From Actinomycetes bacterium (GTDB lineage: Bacteria > Actinomycetota > Thermoleophilia > RBG-16-64-13), in contig JAGXFW010000023.1 of the NCBI GenBank assembly GCA_024637035.1, forward strand, positions 217,139 to 281,138: a stretch of 64,000 bases of DNA, in the 5' to 3' direction. Of the stretch, positions 7,841 to 17,888 are shown piece by piece. Position 1 is the first letter of the stretch, and each line of letters opens with the position of its first letter. The notes beneath the pieces are model-generated. The model worked only from the letters and a program-made list of their open reading frames with translations. It made no database searches and was not told where the DNA came from. Made by a program: the position numbers and the translations under genes.

Positions 7841-8617
7841 CTAGCCCGATTTCTCGACCGGGACCCAACCCACCGCGGCGCCCGGTCCTCGCCGCCGCCG
7901 GAAATGAGCACGGTAATGGTACCTGTCGGACCGGAAGAACACATACTCCAGATTCACGGGGCGACCACCCTTCGAGAACGCCGTGAGTGTCATCTTGAGC
8001 AGTGGCGCCAGCGGGTCGATGCCCAGGAGTCGAGCCGTCTCGTCGTCGGCCGCCACGGCCTGGAACACTTCCGTCGCCGAGGTGACCTCCACCCCCGCCT
8101 TGGTCTCGAGGAGACGCATGAGGGGCTCACGCTCCAGGTCGCCGAGGCGCAGCTTCCCCCCCACATCCGCGGGCACGTAGCTCTCCACGACGGCGAACGG
8201 CTCACCCTCCACCGAACGGAGGCGCTTCGCGAACACCACACGCTCGCCGGTGGATATGCCGAGCGAAGCGGTCACCTCCGCCGGCGCCGGGGAAAGGCCG
8301 AACTCCAGCACGCGCACCTCCACGCGCAGACCTTGCCTGATCAGATCCTCGAGATAGCCGGAATGCGAGGACGACGACTCCGCTTCGACGTCGAGAGACA
8401 CGTACGTGCCTTTGCCTCGCACCCGGAAGATCAGACCGTCGTCTTCCAGGATACCGAGCGCCTGCCGCACCACCACCCGGCTGACGCCGAACCGCTCCAT
8501 GAGAGCGGCTTCGGTGGGAAGCCGCTCCCCAGGCGCGGCCTCGCCCGAGACGATCGACTCCCGCAGCGCCCGCATGACCCGATAGTAGAGCGGCACTCCG
8601 CCGCCGCGACCACCCAC
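7841..8617 (-). CDS. GntR-family transcriptional regulator, HutC/UTRA subfamily
   Basis: N-terminal wHTH LPTEAALMERFGVSRVVVRQALGILEDDGLI, C-terminal UTRA-like domain. Confidence 0.75.
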   Translation of the reverse strand: MGGRGGGVPLYYRVMRALRESIVSGEAAPGERLPTEAALMERFGVSRVVVRQALGILEDDGLIFRVRGKGTYVSLDVEAESSSSHSGYLEDLIRQGLRVEVRVLEFGLSPAPAEVTASLGISTGERVVFAKRLRSVEGEPFAVVESYVPADVGGKLRLGDLEREPLMRLLETKAGVEVTSATEVFQAVAADDETARLLGIDPLAPLLKMTLTAFSKGGRPVNLEYVFFRSDRYHYRAHFRRRRGPGAAVGWVPVEKSG

Positions 8618-8696
8618 TACCTCACCCCCCTCAAGTTCGCGGCCCGCGTCGTCCCCGCCCCATTCAAGTCCGCGCCCGTTCTCACCCTCGCCCCGT

Positions 8697-9644
8697 TCAC
8701 GTTCTCGCCCCCCTGACGAATGGGCGTCCGAGGGCTCCGGGGAGCGCCTTTCCGCGCCCGAACAGGAACAGGGCCACCAGCACCGCGACGAACGGCAGGG
8801 CGTTCAACAGATCGATGGGCACCGACACGCCCACCAGCTGCAACGCCGTCGCCAGCGAGAGCGCGATGCCGAACCCCAGCGCCAGGATCACGACCCAGAG
8901 AGGGCGGCCGCGGGAGAGCATCGCGATGACGATCGCGATGAACCCCGTTCCATTGGTCATGAAGGGCACGAACACACCCGCTGCCACGATCGAGAGAAAG
9001 CCCCCGCCCAAGCCCGCGCACGTGCCCGCCACGAGCACCCCGAACACACGCGTCGCGACGACGCTGACGCCGGCCGCATCCAGCGCCTCCGGCTCCTCAC
9101 CCGCGGCCTTGAGTTCGAGTCCCAGCGACGTGGCCCGAAGGAGCCACCCGACGGCCGCCGCGAGGGCGATGGCCAGGTAGACGACGAGCGGCTGCGAGAA
9201 CAGCGCGGCACCGATAACCGGCACCTTCGCGATCAGGGGGATCTCAAGACCAGGCACCGCGTCCAGCCGGGGGTACGACGCCCCGTATTCCGCCCGATGG
9301 AGCACGCTCGTGGCACCCTGTGCCAGGACCAGCAGGGCGATGCCCACCACCACTTGATCGAGGTTCAAGCCGACGCACAACAGTGCCATGACCGCGCCGA
9401 AGGCGAGTCCCGCCGCCGCTGCGGCCGCGAATCCCGCCCAGGGCGAGCCCCAATGGAGGGTCGCGGCGAAGCCGGTGAAGGCTCCCGTCAGCATCATCCC
9501 CTCCAGACCGATGTTGAGTACGCCCGCGCGCTCCGAGACCATCTCCCCCAGAGCGGCCAGCAGCAGCGGGATCCCCGCGATGACGGCGCCCGCCACGAGG
9601 GCCGTGAGCACCGGGACACTGAGAGACGCGCCGCCCCCGTTCAC
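8697..9644 (-). CDS. ABC transporter permease (BMP/nucleoside-type uptake system)
   Basis: ~9 hydrophobic segments; 4-nt overlap chain with the neighbouring permease, ATPase and SBP genes. Confidence 0.7.
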   Translation of the reverse strand: MNGGGASLSVPVLTALVAGAVIAGIPLLLAALGEMVSERAGVLNIGLEGMMLTGAFTGFAATLHWGSPWAGFAAAAAAGLAFGAVMALLCVGLNLDQVVVGIALLVLAQGATSVLHRAEYGASYPRLDAVPGLEIPLIAKVPVIGAALFSQPLVVYLAIALAAAVGWLLRATSLGLELKAAGEEPEALDAAGVSVVATRVFGVLVAGTCAGLGGGFLSIVAAGVFVPFMTNGTGFIAIVIAMLSRGRPLWVVILALGFGIALSLATALQLVGVSVPIDLLNALPFVAVLVALFLFGRGKALPGALGRPFVRGART

Positions 9645-10708
9645 GAACGGACTCCCCCACGGAACGAGACGCCGGCGATCGTGAGCGTCACCAGCACCAC
9701 GCCCACCAGCATGAGGACCACGTCATCGGGTAGCCCCGCCCGTCGAGCCGCGTAGTGCCCGCCCATGGAGAGCACGGCGTAGAACGCCACCAGGGGTACG
9801 AGCGCGGCGACCCGCAGGCGTGAGAGGAACACCAGCGCGAACAGCGGCAGGCCGAAGGCCGGGTTCCAGTCGGCCCGCACGTAACCCCACACCCCGAGCA
9901 CCTCGACGCCGGCCCCCAGGCCGATGAGCGCTCCGCTCAGCATGAAGGCGGCCACGACCAATCGCCCCGTGGCCAGCCCGGCGTGCGCGGCGGCCCGAGG
10001 GCTCTCTCCAAGCACGCGCAACCGCAGGCCGAAGGAGGTCTCACGCAACACCACACCCACGAGCGCCGCGCACAGGACCGCGAGCACGAAGCCCGCGTGC
10101 ACGCGTGAACCGAACAACCGGGGCAGCATCCAGTCGAGGCCCACCACGTCGGTCTGCGGCACGAGCGTCTTCGCGCTTCTGAATGGTCCCTTTACCAGGA
10201 GGTTGGCGAAGTTGATACCGACGAAGGCCATCATGAGCGAGGTGACCACTTCGTTCAGCGCGTAGCGCGCCTTCAGCAACGCGGGCACCAGAGCCCAGAC
10301 AGCACCGGCGGCCGCTGCGAGCACCAGCAGAACCACCAGGTAGAGTGCCCTCGGCATGGTCCCAGCCAGCGACGGGGCGACGCCGGCGACCAGGGCGGCG
10401 GCCACCAGGAACTGCCCGTCTCCACCGATGTTCCACAGGCCGGCGCGGAAGGCCACCACCAGGCCGGAGGCGATGAGCAGGAGCGGCGCCATGCGCACCA
10501 CGACGTCCTGCAACCCGCTCCACGTGAAGAGCCCGCGGTCGAACACCTGGACGTAGAAAGCCAACGGATCGGCCCCAAGGACGAGTAGGAGCAGGCCCCC
10601 GACGCCGAGCGCCAGCGCGACCCCCGCGACCGCCCGCGCGACCCCTCGGCGCGCGCCATCCACCGCCGGAGGCTGGACGGCCGCCTTAGTGGCCGTCGCG
10701 GCGCTCAC
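9641..10708 (-). CDS. ABC transporter permease
   Basis: Polytopic membrane protein, operon position between the ATPase and the second permease. Confidence 0.7.
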   Translation of the reverse strand: MSAATATKAAVQPPAVDGARRGVARAVAGVALALGVGGLLLLVLGADPLAFYVQVFDRGLFTWSGLQDVVVRMAPLLLIASGLVVAFRAGLWNIGGDGQFLVAAALVAGVAPSLAGTMPRALYLVVLLVLAAAAGAVWALVPALLKARYALNEVVTSLMMAFVGINFANLLVKGPFRSAKTLVPQTDVVGLDWMLPRLFGSRVHAGFVLAVLCAALVGVVLRETSFGLRLRVLGESPRAAAHAGLATGRLVVAAFMLSGALIGLGAGVEVLGVWGYVRADWNPAFGLPLFALVFLSRLRVAALVPLVAFYAVLSMGGHYAARRAGLPDDVVLMLVGVVLVTLTIAGVSFRGGVRS

Positions 10709-12453
10709 GCCGCGCCTACCATCATGCTGGAGACCGCTTCCCGCGCCCCGTCCCCGCCACTCACCTCACCGGCCACCGTGCCTCCCACTAGCACCAGCAC
10801 GCGGCTTCCCAATTCGATCACCTCATCGAGGTCGGTGGAGATGACCACCGCGGCAACCCCGTCACGCGCCGCCATGCGCGCGATGAGCCCCCTGACGAAG
10901 AGCGCGGTCTGATGATCGAGGCCTGCCGTCGGGTTCTCGAAGACCATCACCCGAGGGGAGCCGAGGAGCTCTCGAGCCAGAAGGAGCTTCTGGATGGTGC
11001 CGCCGGAGAGCGTCCCGGCCGCCACCCACGGGGAAGGGAGGCTCACGTCGAACGCACCCAGCGCCCCCGCGCACGTCCGTTCGATCTCACGGCGCCGTAC
11101 GAAGCCGTTGCGCCAGTCAGGCGGGCTGCCGATGCGCTTGAGGAGCAGGTTGTAGGCGACGCCCAGGGTCGCGACTATCCCTTCGCCGAGCCTGTCGCCG
11201 GACAGATGACTCACCCCGGAGACCTGACGAGCGGACACACCCTCACTCACCACGGAACGTCCAGCCACACGGACATCGCCCCGTGAGGGGCGGATCTGCC
11301 CTCCGATCACTCCAGCCAACTCGCGTTGACCCGCCCCTTCGACTCCGGCGACCCCGAGGATCTCACCGGACTTCACGAGAAACGACACCCCGTGCAGCCC
11401 CGTCTCGCCCACACCGGACGCAACCCAGACATCGCGCAGTTCGAGCGCCGCGATCGGCGCGCCGCGCGCCGGCTCGTCGGCGGACCCGCCGGGATCGGCC
11501 TGCCCACTCTGATCGGCGGACCCGCTCGGTTCAGCCTGCCCGCCCGAATCGGTCGCGGCATCGGGGAGTGACGTCACGGGGCGCGGTTCGCCGAACATGG
11601 CGCGCAGCAGGCGGGCGCGAGCAGCTTCCCGGGCGTCGCTCGACGCGCGGCCCAGATCATCAGCCTCGACGGTCGCCACCAACCGACCACGTCTCATCAC
11701 CGAAACGCGATCGGCCCAGTCGAGCGCCTCTTCCAGACGATGCGTAACGAAGAGAACCGCGCGCCCCTCATCGCACAACGATCGCAGCACACGACCGAGT
11801 TCCTCGGCCTCCGACGGAGCGAGCGACGAGGTGGGCTCGTCGAGGAGCACGATGCGGCTGTCCCACCAGAGGGCGCGAGCGATCTCCACCTGCTGCCGCC
11901 GTGCTATCGAGAGACTCTCGACCCGGGCGCCCGGGTCGAGCTCGACACCGAGTCTGGCGGCGGCGGCCCGCAGGGCCGCCGCCGCCCTCCGACGCTCCGA
12001 CCTCACCCCGCGCCGCTGCCCGAGCATCATGTTCTCCACGACCGTGAGACTGCGCACGAGAGCCGGGTGCTGGCGCACAGTGGCCACTCCAAGATCTCGC
12101 GCCCGACGCGGCGACAGGATCGCTACGTCGCGGCCATCCACCATTACGCGACCGGCGTCCGGGCGGTAGATCCCAGCCGCGATGTTCAGCAACGAGGTCT
12201 TCCCCGCGCCGTTCTCGCCCAGAAGGCAGTGGATCTCGCCGTAGCGAAGCCCAAGCGAGACATCGTCAACGGCCGCCACCCCGGGGAATACCTTGCCGAC
12301 TCGGCAGAACTCGAGGGCGGCCGAAGGGTCGCCAGTCTGAGCGCCGGCCTGGGCGCCGCCCGGGTAGCCCGCCGCGGCGCCTGCCCGGGCGCCTGCCGTG
12401 CCGGAGCCTCGGGAGAGCAGGGGATCACGCGTGGTCGCCACGGCCCCCGTCAA
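10705..12453 (-). CDS. ABC transporter ATP-binding protein, duplicated ATPase domains
   Basis: Walker A GENGAGKTSLL and a second ABC domain. A degenerate SGSADQSGQADPGG repeat lies in the interdomain linker. Confidence 0.8.
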   Translation of the reverse strand: MTGAVATTRDPLLSRGSGTAGARAGAAAGYPGGAQAGAQTGDPSAALEFCRVGKVFPGVAAVDDVSLGLRYGEIHCLLGENGAGKTSLLNIAAGIYRPDAGRVMVDGRDVAILSPRRARDLGVATVRQHPALVRSLTVVENMMLGQRRGVRSERRRAAAALRAAAARLGVELDPGARVESLSIARRQQVEIARALWWDSRIVLLDEPTSSLAPSEAEELGRVLRSLCDEGRAVLFVTHRLEEALDWADRVSVMRRGRLVATVEADDLGRASSDAREAARARLLRAMFGEPRPVTSLPDAATDSGGQAEPSGSADQSGQADPGGSADEPARGAPIAALELRDVWVASGVGETGLHGVSFLVKSGEILGVAGVEGAGQRELAGVIGGQIRPSRGDVRVAGRSVVSEGVSARQVSGVSHLSGDRLGEGIVATLGVAYNLLLKRIGSPPDWRNGFVRRREIERTCAGALGAFDVSLPSPWVAAGTLSGGTIQKLLLARELLGSPRVMVFENPTAGLDHQTALFVRGLIARMAARDGVAAVVISTDLDEVIELGSRVLVLVGGTVAGEVSGGDGAREAVSSMMVGAA

Positions 12454-13550
12454 CCTCCGATCAGGGCTTCCACTTCGGTCTTGCTCTCAGTCACCGGCAC
12501 CTCGACCGTGCCGTCGATGATGTCGGCCTTCACGTCTTCGATCTCCTTCCAGAGGTCTTCCGGCACGTGGGGCGTCTGAAGGAGTTTGAGCCCATCGCCC
12601 GCCAGGTCGAGGTAGTACACCTGGGTGCCGAAGGTGCCCTCTTCCAAGGCTTTGGCCGCACGCTCGAACAAAGGTTGATAGTCCCACCACACCGAGGTGA
12701 GATAGACACCTTTCTTATCGAGCGACGTCTTGTCGCCGATCACGTCGATGAACCAGAGCTTGTCGGCACCGGCCGGGGGCGTCGCGGTCTCGACCGCCTG
12801 GATCATGCCGAAGCTCGACCCATCGCCCATGCCGAAGACGATGTCTGCGCCGGCAGCGATCACGCCTTCGGTCACCCGCTTGCCACCCGCGGCATCGGCG
12901 TATCCGGCTTGGCCGACTTGGGCCAGAAGCAGCTTGGTCGCAGGCTCTGCCGCCCGAGCGCCCGCCACGAACCCGCCGGCCATCTTGACCCAGTTCTCGT
13001 CGTCAGCCGACATCACGATGCCCAGAGTGCCGGTCTTGGTCATGCGGGCCGCCAGGAAACCGGCGAGGTAGGCACCCTCTTGGGCCCGCGTCTCCAGGTC
13101 CTGGCTCAGCCCCGGCGCCAACCCCTCTTCGAAAGCCCCGATCACGATCACGGGCACGTCGAGCTCACCCGCGGTCTGCCGGGCCACCACGTTGTAGCCG
13201 CTGGCCCAGGCGATCAGCAGGTCGGACCCATCGTCGGCCAACTGCCTCAGCACCGGGCCTGGGTCGTCATAGCCTGCGCCGTCGGCCACCTCGATCTCTA
13301 CGCCGAGGGAATCGGCGAGTCTGCGCGCCGCGTCAGCCCCTTCCTGGTTCCACCCGAAATCATTCGCCTCCTCGGGAGCCACGATGCCGATCCTGCTTAT
13401 GCTCCGCCCGGCAACACTGCTCGTCGTGGTGTCGGGGAGGGAGTCGCCCCCACATCCCGACGCTCCCGCCAACGCCAACGCCAAGGCCAGCAGCGCGACC
13501 GCGGCCGCCAGCGGAGCAACCGCCATCCCTCTCGCACGCACTCGCACCAT
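12450..13550 (-). CDS. BMP-family (PnrA/Med-like) ABC substrate-binding lipoprotein
   Basis: Signal peptide plus lipobox ALALAGASGCGGDS. The ORF's N-terminal extension to 13859 was rejected; a start near 13550/13565 with a GGGAGAGA Shine-Dalgarno fits the end of the upstream gene at 13559. Confidence 0.7.
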   Translation of the reverse strand: MVRVRARGMAVAPLAAAVALLALALALAGASGCGGDSLPDTTTSSVAGRSISRIGIVAPEEANDFGWNQEGADAARRLADSLGVEIEVADGAGYDDPGPVLRQLADDGSDLLIAWASGYNVVARQTAGELDVPVIVIGAFEEGLAPGLSQDLETRAQEGAYLAGFLAARMTKTGTLGIVMSADDENWVKMAGGFVAGARAAEPATKLLLAQVGQAGYADAAGGKRVTEGVIAAGADIVFGMGDGSSFGMIQAVETATPPAGADKLWFIDVIGDKTSLDKKGVYLTSVWWDYQPLFERAAKALEEGTFGTQVYYLDLAGDGLKLLQTPHVPEDLWKEIEDVKADIIDGTVEVPVTESKTEVEALIGG

Positions 13551-13558
13551 TCTCTCCC

Positions 13559-14725
13559 TCACCATCCCATCGCCTCCAGCGCCGACGCCACGCCGCTTCC
13601 CGGCGCGACGTTCCATCCCATCGTCCTCAGACTGTGTTCCATGGCCGCCAGCGCGGCCAACGCGTAGGTGGGGCTGCAGCAGACGCCCATATGCCCGATC
13701 CGCACGAGTCGTCCGTCCAGCACCGAACCCGTGATGCTCCCCGATATGAGCACTCCGAAGCGCTCGACCATCCTCCGGCGCAGCTCCACGTCGTCGATGC
13801 CGTCTGGCACCCTTACGGCGGTGGTGACCTCGCACGCGCATGCGTCGCTCTCGGGCCACAGCTCGAGGCCCATGCCACGGACGCCCGCGCGGGTCATCCC
13901 GGCCACCTCCGCGTAGCGCCGATACCTTTCGTCAAGCCCGACCTCCAGATACTCAGCCACCGCGGCGTGAAGAGCGGTCATCTCGGTCACCGCCGGCGTG
14001 TAGGGCCACGCACCCTTCTCCAGCCACTTCTCCTTCCAATCGAGCACGCTGAAGTAGGAGTGACGATTGGGCGAATCGACGCCCAGGAAGTGTTGCCACG
14101 CGTCGGCCGACACCGACATGGCACTCAACCCCGGGGGCGCGCCAAGCACCTTCTGCGAACCCGCCACCAGGATGTCTATGCCCCACTCATCGGTGCGGAT
14201 ATCCCGACTTCCTACCGACGACGCGGCATCCACGAACACGAGGCACTCATGCGCCTTGGCAACCCGGGCGAGCGCCTCGAGGTCGCAGACCGTGCCGCTC
14301 GGTGTCTCGCAGTGCACGATCCACACGATCTTGGCCTCGGGATGGGCGGAGAGAGCCTCCTCCAGCTGCTCGGGCTGCACTACTGAGTCCCACGGGGCCG
14401 TCACAGGCACGGCAGTGCCGCCATACTTCTCGATGAAATAGCGGTTGCCCTCGCCGTAGTGGCCGTTCTCGCAGTTGACCACCACGTCGCCCTGGTCGAG
14501 TCCGCACACCGAGACGGCTTCAAGGGCCAGCAAAGCCTCGCCCTGCATGATGACGATGTCGCCGGCTGTCTTGAAGACCTGCTTGAGCATCTCTTCCGTG
14601 CCATGGAAAAGGTCTCGGAACGAATCCCCAAGAAACGGGACGATCTGGGCGCCGAGCGCGGCACGCACCCTGTCGGAAAGCTGCACGGGCCCCGCCGTCA
14701 TGATGAACTCCGGCCCCCGCGTCAT
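13559..14725 (-). CDS. class-V PLP aminotransferase (serine--glyoxylate / alanine--glyoxylate aminotransferase type)
   Basis: SGSQKVLGAPPGLS (SQK-x-L PLP-lysine region of AGXT family); start at MTRGPEF with GAGGAGGA Shine-Dalgarno. Confidence 0.75.
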   Translation of the reverse strand: MTRGPEFIMTAGPVQLSDRVRAALGAQIVPFLGDSFRDLFHGTEEMLKQVFKTAGDIVIMQGEALLALEAVSVCGLDQGDVVVNCENGHYGEGNRYFIEKYGGTAVPVTAPWDSVVQPEQLEEALSAHPEAKIVWIVHCETPSGTVCDLEALARVAKAHECLVFVDAASSVGSRDIRTDEWGIDILVAGSQKVLGAPPGLSAMSVSADAWQHFLGVDSPNRHSYFSVLDWKEKWLEKGAWPYTPAVTEMTALHAAVAEYLEVGLDERYRRYAEVAGMTRAGVRGMGLELWPESDACACEVTTAVRVPDGIDDVELRRRMVERFGVLISGSITGSVLDGRLVRIGHMGVCCSPTYALAALAAMEHSLRTMGWNVAPGSGVASALEAMGW

Positions 14726-14987
14726 GGATCCTCCTCGCCGCGCGCCCCTGCACGCCGGCATCGAGCCTCCTCGTCGCTTGCTCACTCCAAACGATACTTG
14801 TACTGAACTTGATATAACTACATCATACGATGGGTCGTGTCAACCAAGGCATGGGCGCCGCGCGGGTCGGTAACGTTCACGGAGGGCGGGCGGAGAGCAC
14901 GGCTGGAACACGCCCGCTCCGGGTACAGGCGACTATGCTGAGGCGGCAGCGATCCGCGGCCGCCGTCTGACTGCCAGGAGGGCAGCC

Positions 14988-15422
14988 ATGCGTCTTGACG
15001 AACTGCTGGAGTCTCAACCACTGGCAGTGCTGGCGACGGAGTCCGGCGGCCACCCCTACACGAACCTGATCGCGTTCGCCGCCGATGGACCCTCGCGTGT
15101 CTACTTCGCCACCACCCGAGCAACGCGCAAGTGGAGTCACCTGAACGCCAACCCCCAAGTTTCGCTGCTCGTGGACGATCGCACCAACCGCGAGATCGAC
15201 TTCCACGAAGCAGCGGCGGCGACCGGCCTGGGAAGGGCCGAGGTGTGCTCGGGCGATCACCGGGTCTTCGGCCTGGAGTTGCTGCGAGCCCGCCACCCCC
15301 ACTTGGTCGACTTCTTGTCCTCGCCGTCCACCGACATCCTGCTCGTTCGCATGACGGAGTGGTACGTCGTCGAGCGCTTCCAGTCGGTCAGCCGCGTGAA
15401 CGTCGCCGAGGAGAGTCCGTGA
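14988..15422 (+). CDS. pyridoxamine 5'-phosphate oxidase-like FMN-binding split-barrel protein
   Basis: 144 aa, LAVLATESGGHPYTNLIAFA pattern of PNPOx-like/F420-type small proteins. Confidence 0.6.
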   Translation: MRLDELLESQPLAVLATESGGHPYTNLIAFAADGPSRVYFATTRATRKWSHLNANPQVSLLVDDRTNREIDFHEAAAATGLGRAEVCSGDHRVFGLELLRARHPHLVDFLSSPSTDILLVRMTEWYVVERFQSVSRVNVAEESP

Positions 15423-17464
15423 GCCCGGCCCGCTCGCCCGTGACGATGCCTCTGACCCACGCAGCGACCGCCCCGATCGCCTTGGTCGGCGGCAAGGCCG
15501 CTTCGCTTGGGAGGCTGCTCGCGCACGGACTGCCGGCGCCGGACGGCCTGGTCCTCACCACCGTCGCCTACCACAGGTTCGTCGAGACCCAAGGTCTCGC
15601 GGAGCGCATCGCCGTGGAGCTGGCTCGGAAACGCGACGACGACTATCGCTGGGAGGAGTTGTGGGATGCGGCGCTCCGCATCCGTTCCTGGTTCCTCGGG
15701 AACCCGTGGCCCGAGGAGTTGCGCCTGGCCATCGAACGGTCCTTGTCCGAGCTACCCCCGGGGGCCCCCGTGGTGGTGCGCTCGTCTTCGCCTCATGAGG
15801 ATTCGAAGGAACGCTCGTTCGCGGGCATGCACGAGTCCGTGGTGGGCGTGGTGGGCACGGCTCGCATCTTGGACGCGGTGAGAGCGGTCTGGGCGTCTCT
15901 GTTCTCCGACCGATCGCTGCTCTACCGTCGCGAGTTGGGACTCGACCCGGTTCGGAGCTCGATGGCCGTGATCGTGCAACCTCTGGCCGAGAGCGACCGG
16001 AGCGGCGTCGCGTTCACCCAAGATCCCCTCGAATGGGGTCGCGGCACGGTGGAGGCCGTCTGGGGGCTCGGGGAGGGTCTCGTCAGCGGGCAGGTCGCAC
16101 CCGACCGCTGGTCGATCGATCGAGGGAGCGGCCGCGTCCTCTCTCACGAACCCCCCGAAGAAAGAGCCGAACGCCTCGCGCTCGCGCCGGTCGGTACGGC
16201 GCTCGTGCCCCTCGACCATACCGGATCGGACCACCCGCCCCTGAAGCCCAGCGAGGTCGCCGACGTATGGTCGCTGGCCACGCGGGCCGAGGAGGTCTTC
16301 GGGTCGCCCCAAGACTGTGAGTGGACCTACGACCTCGGTTCGCCGCTGCTGACCCAATCTCGCCCGATAACCACACTGCCGGACGACGCCCGTCGCGCCC
16401 ACCTCGATCTGCGGCCTTCCTTCGACCTCCTTGCGAGACTCGGCGAGCGGATCGAACGAGAGTCCTTGCCGGCCATGAGCCGCGAGGCCGATGAGTGGGG
16501 AGACGTCGATCTTTCGCGCATGCTTCCCTCGACGCTCGCGGACGAGGCTCGGCTGCGTGCGGAAGCCGTCACCCAGTGGCGGCGAGTCTATCGGGAGGAG
16601 TTCATCCCCTTCGCCCACGGAGCCCGCCTCTTCGGGCGCTTCTACAACGACGCCGTGCGACCCGAAGACCCGTTCGAATTCGTGGCCGTGCTCGTGCGCG
16701 ACGCGGCGGAACTCGAGACTCATCGCGTGCTGCTGGCAGAGTTACATATCGAGGCTGTCAACACTGCGACGACGGCAGCCCGCCGGCACGAACTCGAAAC
16801 CCACTACATCGACACCTTCGGCACAGAAGAAGACCGCAGCCAAGCCCGGAGGATCCTCGACCTCGGCCGAGCTTCGTGGCGCCTGCGCGACGACGACAAC
16901 CTCTACCTGCGGCGTCTGGAGAATGAGGCGCAGCGCGCCCTCCGCGAGATCGAACGCCGCTTGGGCGACACCGCGAACGTCGCCACGGGCGACACTGCGT
17001 CGGGGCCGGCGTCCGGAGTCTCCGCCACCGAGGAACACCTGCTCCAAAGAGCAGCGACCATCCTCCGCGCTCTCGAAGAGGACACCATCGATTCGAAACG
17101 CCCCACCGCGGCCGCGGAACTCCCGCCGGGGGTCCGCCCCCGTCAGCTACTGGGCCAACCCGCCGGGCCAGGGGTAGCCACCGGCCCGGCCCGCGTCATC
17201 GCTACGCGGGAAGACCTGCTCGCACTCCGACCCGGCGACATCGTCGTCGCGGACGCCCTCGAACCGGACACGGCCGCGTTCGCAGCGCGGGCCGCCGGCA
17301 TCGTCGAGCGCCGCGGAGGGATGCTGGTCCACGGCGCCATCGTGGCCCGCGAGCACGGCCTCCCCTGCGTGACCGGGGTGACCGGAGCGACCACGGTGAT
17401 CCGCTCGGGGGAACTGCTGACCGTCGACGGCTACCTGGGCATCGTGGTGCTCGACGACGTCTAG
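15419..17464 (+). CDS. PEP-utilizing enzyme (PEP synthase/PPDK N-terminal ATP-grasp + C-terminal phosphohistidine swivel domain; no TIM-barrel domain)
   Basis: GGKAASLGRL ATP-grasp region and C-terminal GGMLVHGAIVAREHGLPCVTGV mobile His domain. GTG at 15419 overlaps the upstream stop (GTGA) with a GAGGAG Shine-Dalgarno; alternative ATG at 15446. Confidence 0.7.
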   Translation: MSPARSPVTMPLTHAATAPIALVGGKAASLGRLLAHGLPAPDGLVLTTVAYHRFVETQGLAERIAVELARKRDDDYRWEELWDAALRIRSWFLGNPWPEELRLAIERSLSELPPGAPVVVRSSSPHEDSKERSFAGMHESVVGVVGTARILDAVRAVWASLFSDRSLLYRRELGLDPVRSSMAVIVQPLAESDRSGVAFTQDPLEWGRGTVEAVWGLGEGLVSGQVAPDRWSIDRGSGRVLSHEPPEERAERLALAPVGTALVPLDHTGSDHPPLKPSEVADVWSLATRAEEVFGSPQDCEWTYDLGSPLLTQSRPITTLPDDARRAHLDLRPSFDLLARLGERIERESLPAMSREADEWGDVDLSRMLPSTLADEARLRAEAVTQWRRVYREEFIPFAHGARLFGRFYNDAVRPEDPFEFVAVLVRDAAELETHRVLLAELHIEAVNTATTAARRHELETHYIDTFGTEEDRSQARRILDLGRASWRLRDDDNLYLRRLENEAQRALREIERRLGDTANVATGDTASGPASGVSATEEHLLQRAATILRALEEDTIDSKRPTAAAELPPGVRPRQLLGQPAGPGVATGPARVIATREDLLALRPGDIVVADALEPDTAAFAARAAGIVERRGGMLVHGAIVAREHGLPCVTGVTGATTVIRSGELLTVDGYLGIVVLDDV

Positions 17465-17489
17465 AGCCTCAGGCCCGACCCGGGACCAG

Positions 17490-17876
17490 CTAGACCCGGC
17501 TTCGTCCCTCGATTTCGGCGACCTTCCGTTCGAGGTGCCTTCCGGCGGCGACCGCCCCGAACAGCAGCACGTGTTTCACCCCGAGAAGGGTCACCTGTCC
17601 GCGACCCGCGGCGTCCGACCATTCGTACCGGCGGAACGTAAGGGCACGAACCACCCCACCGCCTACGATCCACCACAGCGAGACCCGGCTCGCGACTCGT
17701 GCGGCCTCGAGGCCGGCCCTGGTCGCCTCGTCGACCGGCGCACCGTCCGCGCGGCTCCGGCGCAACACGCCCCACTGGAACGCGTTGGCCGCGACCCAGG
17801 TGCCGGAGGCGAGATCGTGCAGGAAGTTATTGAAGACGACCAAGATGCCGCGCTTCGTCGTCGGCGTTCGCGCCAT
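17490..17876 (-). CDS. hypothetical small membrane protein at 3' end of cytochrome cluster 1
   Basis: 128-aa ORF with 2-3 hydrophobic segments; no family recognised. Confidence 0.3.
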   Translation of the reverse strand: MARTPTTKRGILVVFNNFLHDLASGTWVAANAFQWGVLRRSRADGAPVDEATRAGLEAARVASRVSLWWIVGGGVVRALTFRRYEWSDAAGRGQVTLLGVKHVLLFGAVAAGRHLERKVAEIEGRSRV

Positions 17877-17888
17877 GGTCCGTTCCTC

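Noticed and set aside
12450-13859. 469-aa version of the substrate-binding protein ORF
   Set aside because: The first ~100 codons overlap the 3' end of the aminotransferase gene and are Arg-rich. The lipoprotein signal peptide and Shine-Dalgarno place the start near 13550.
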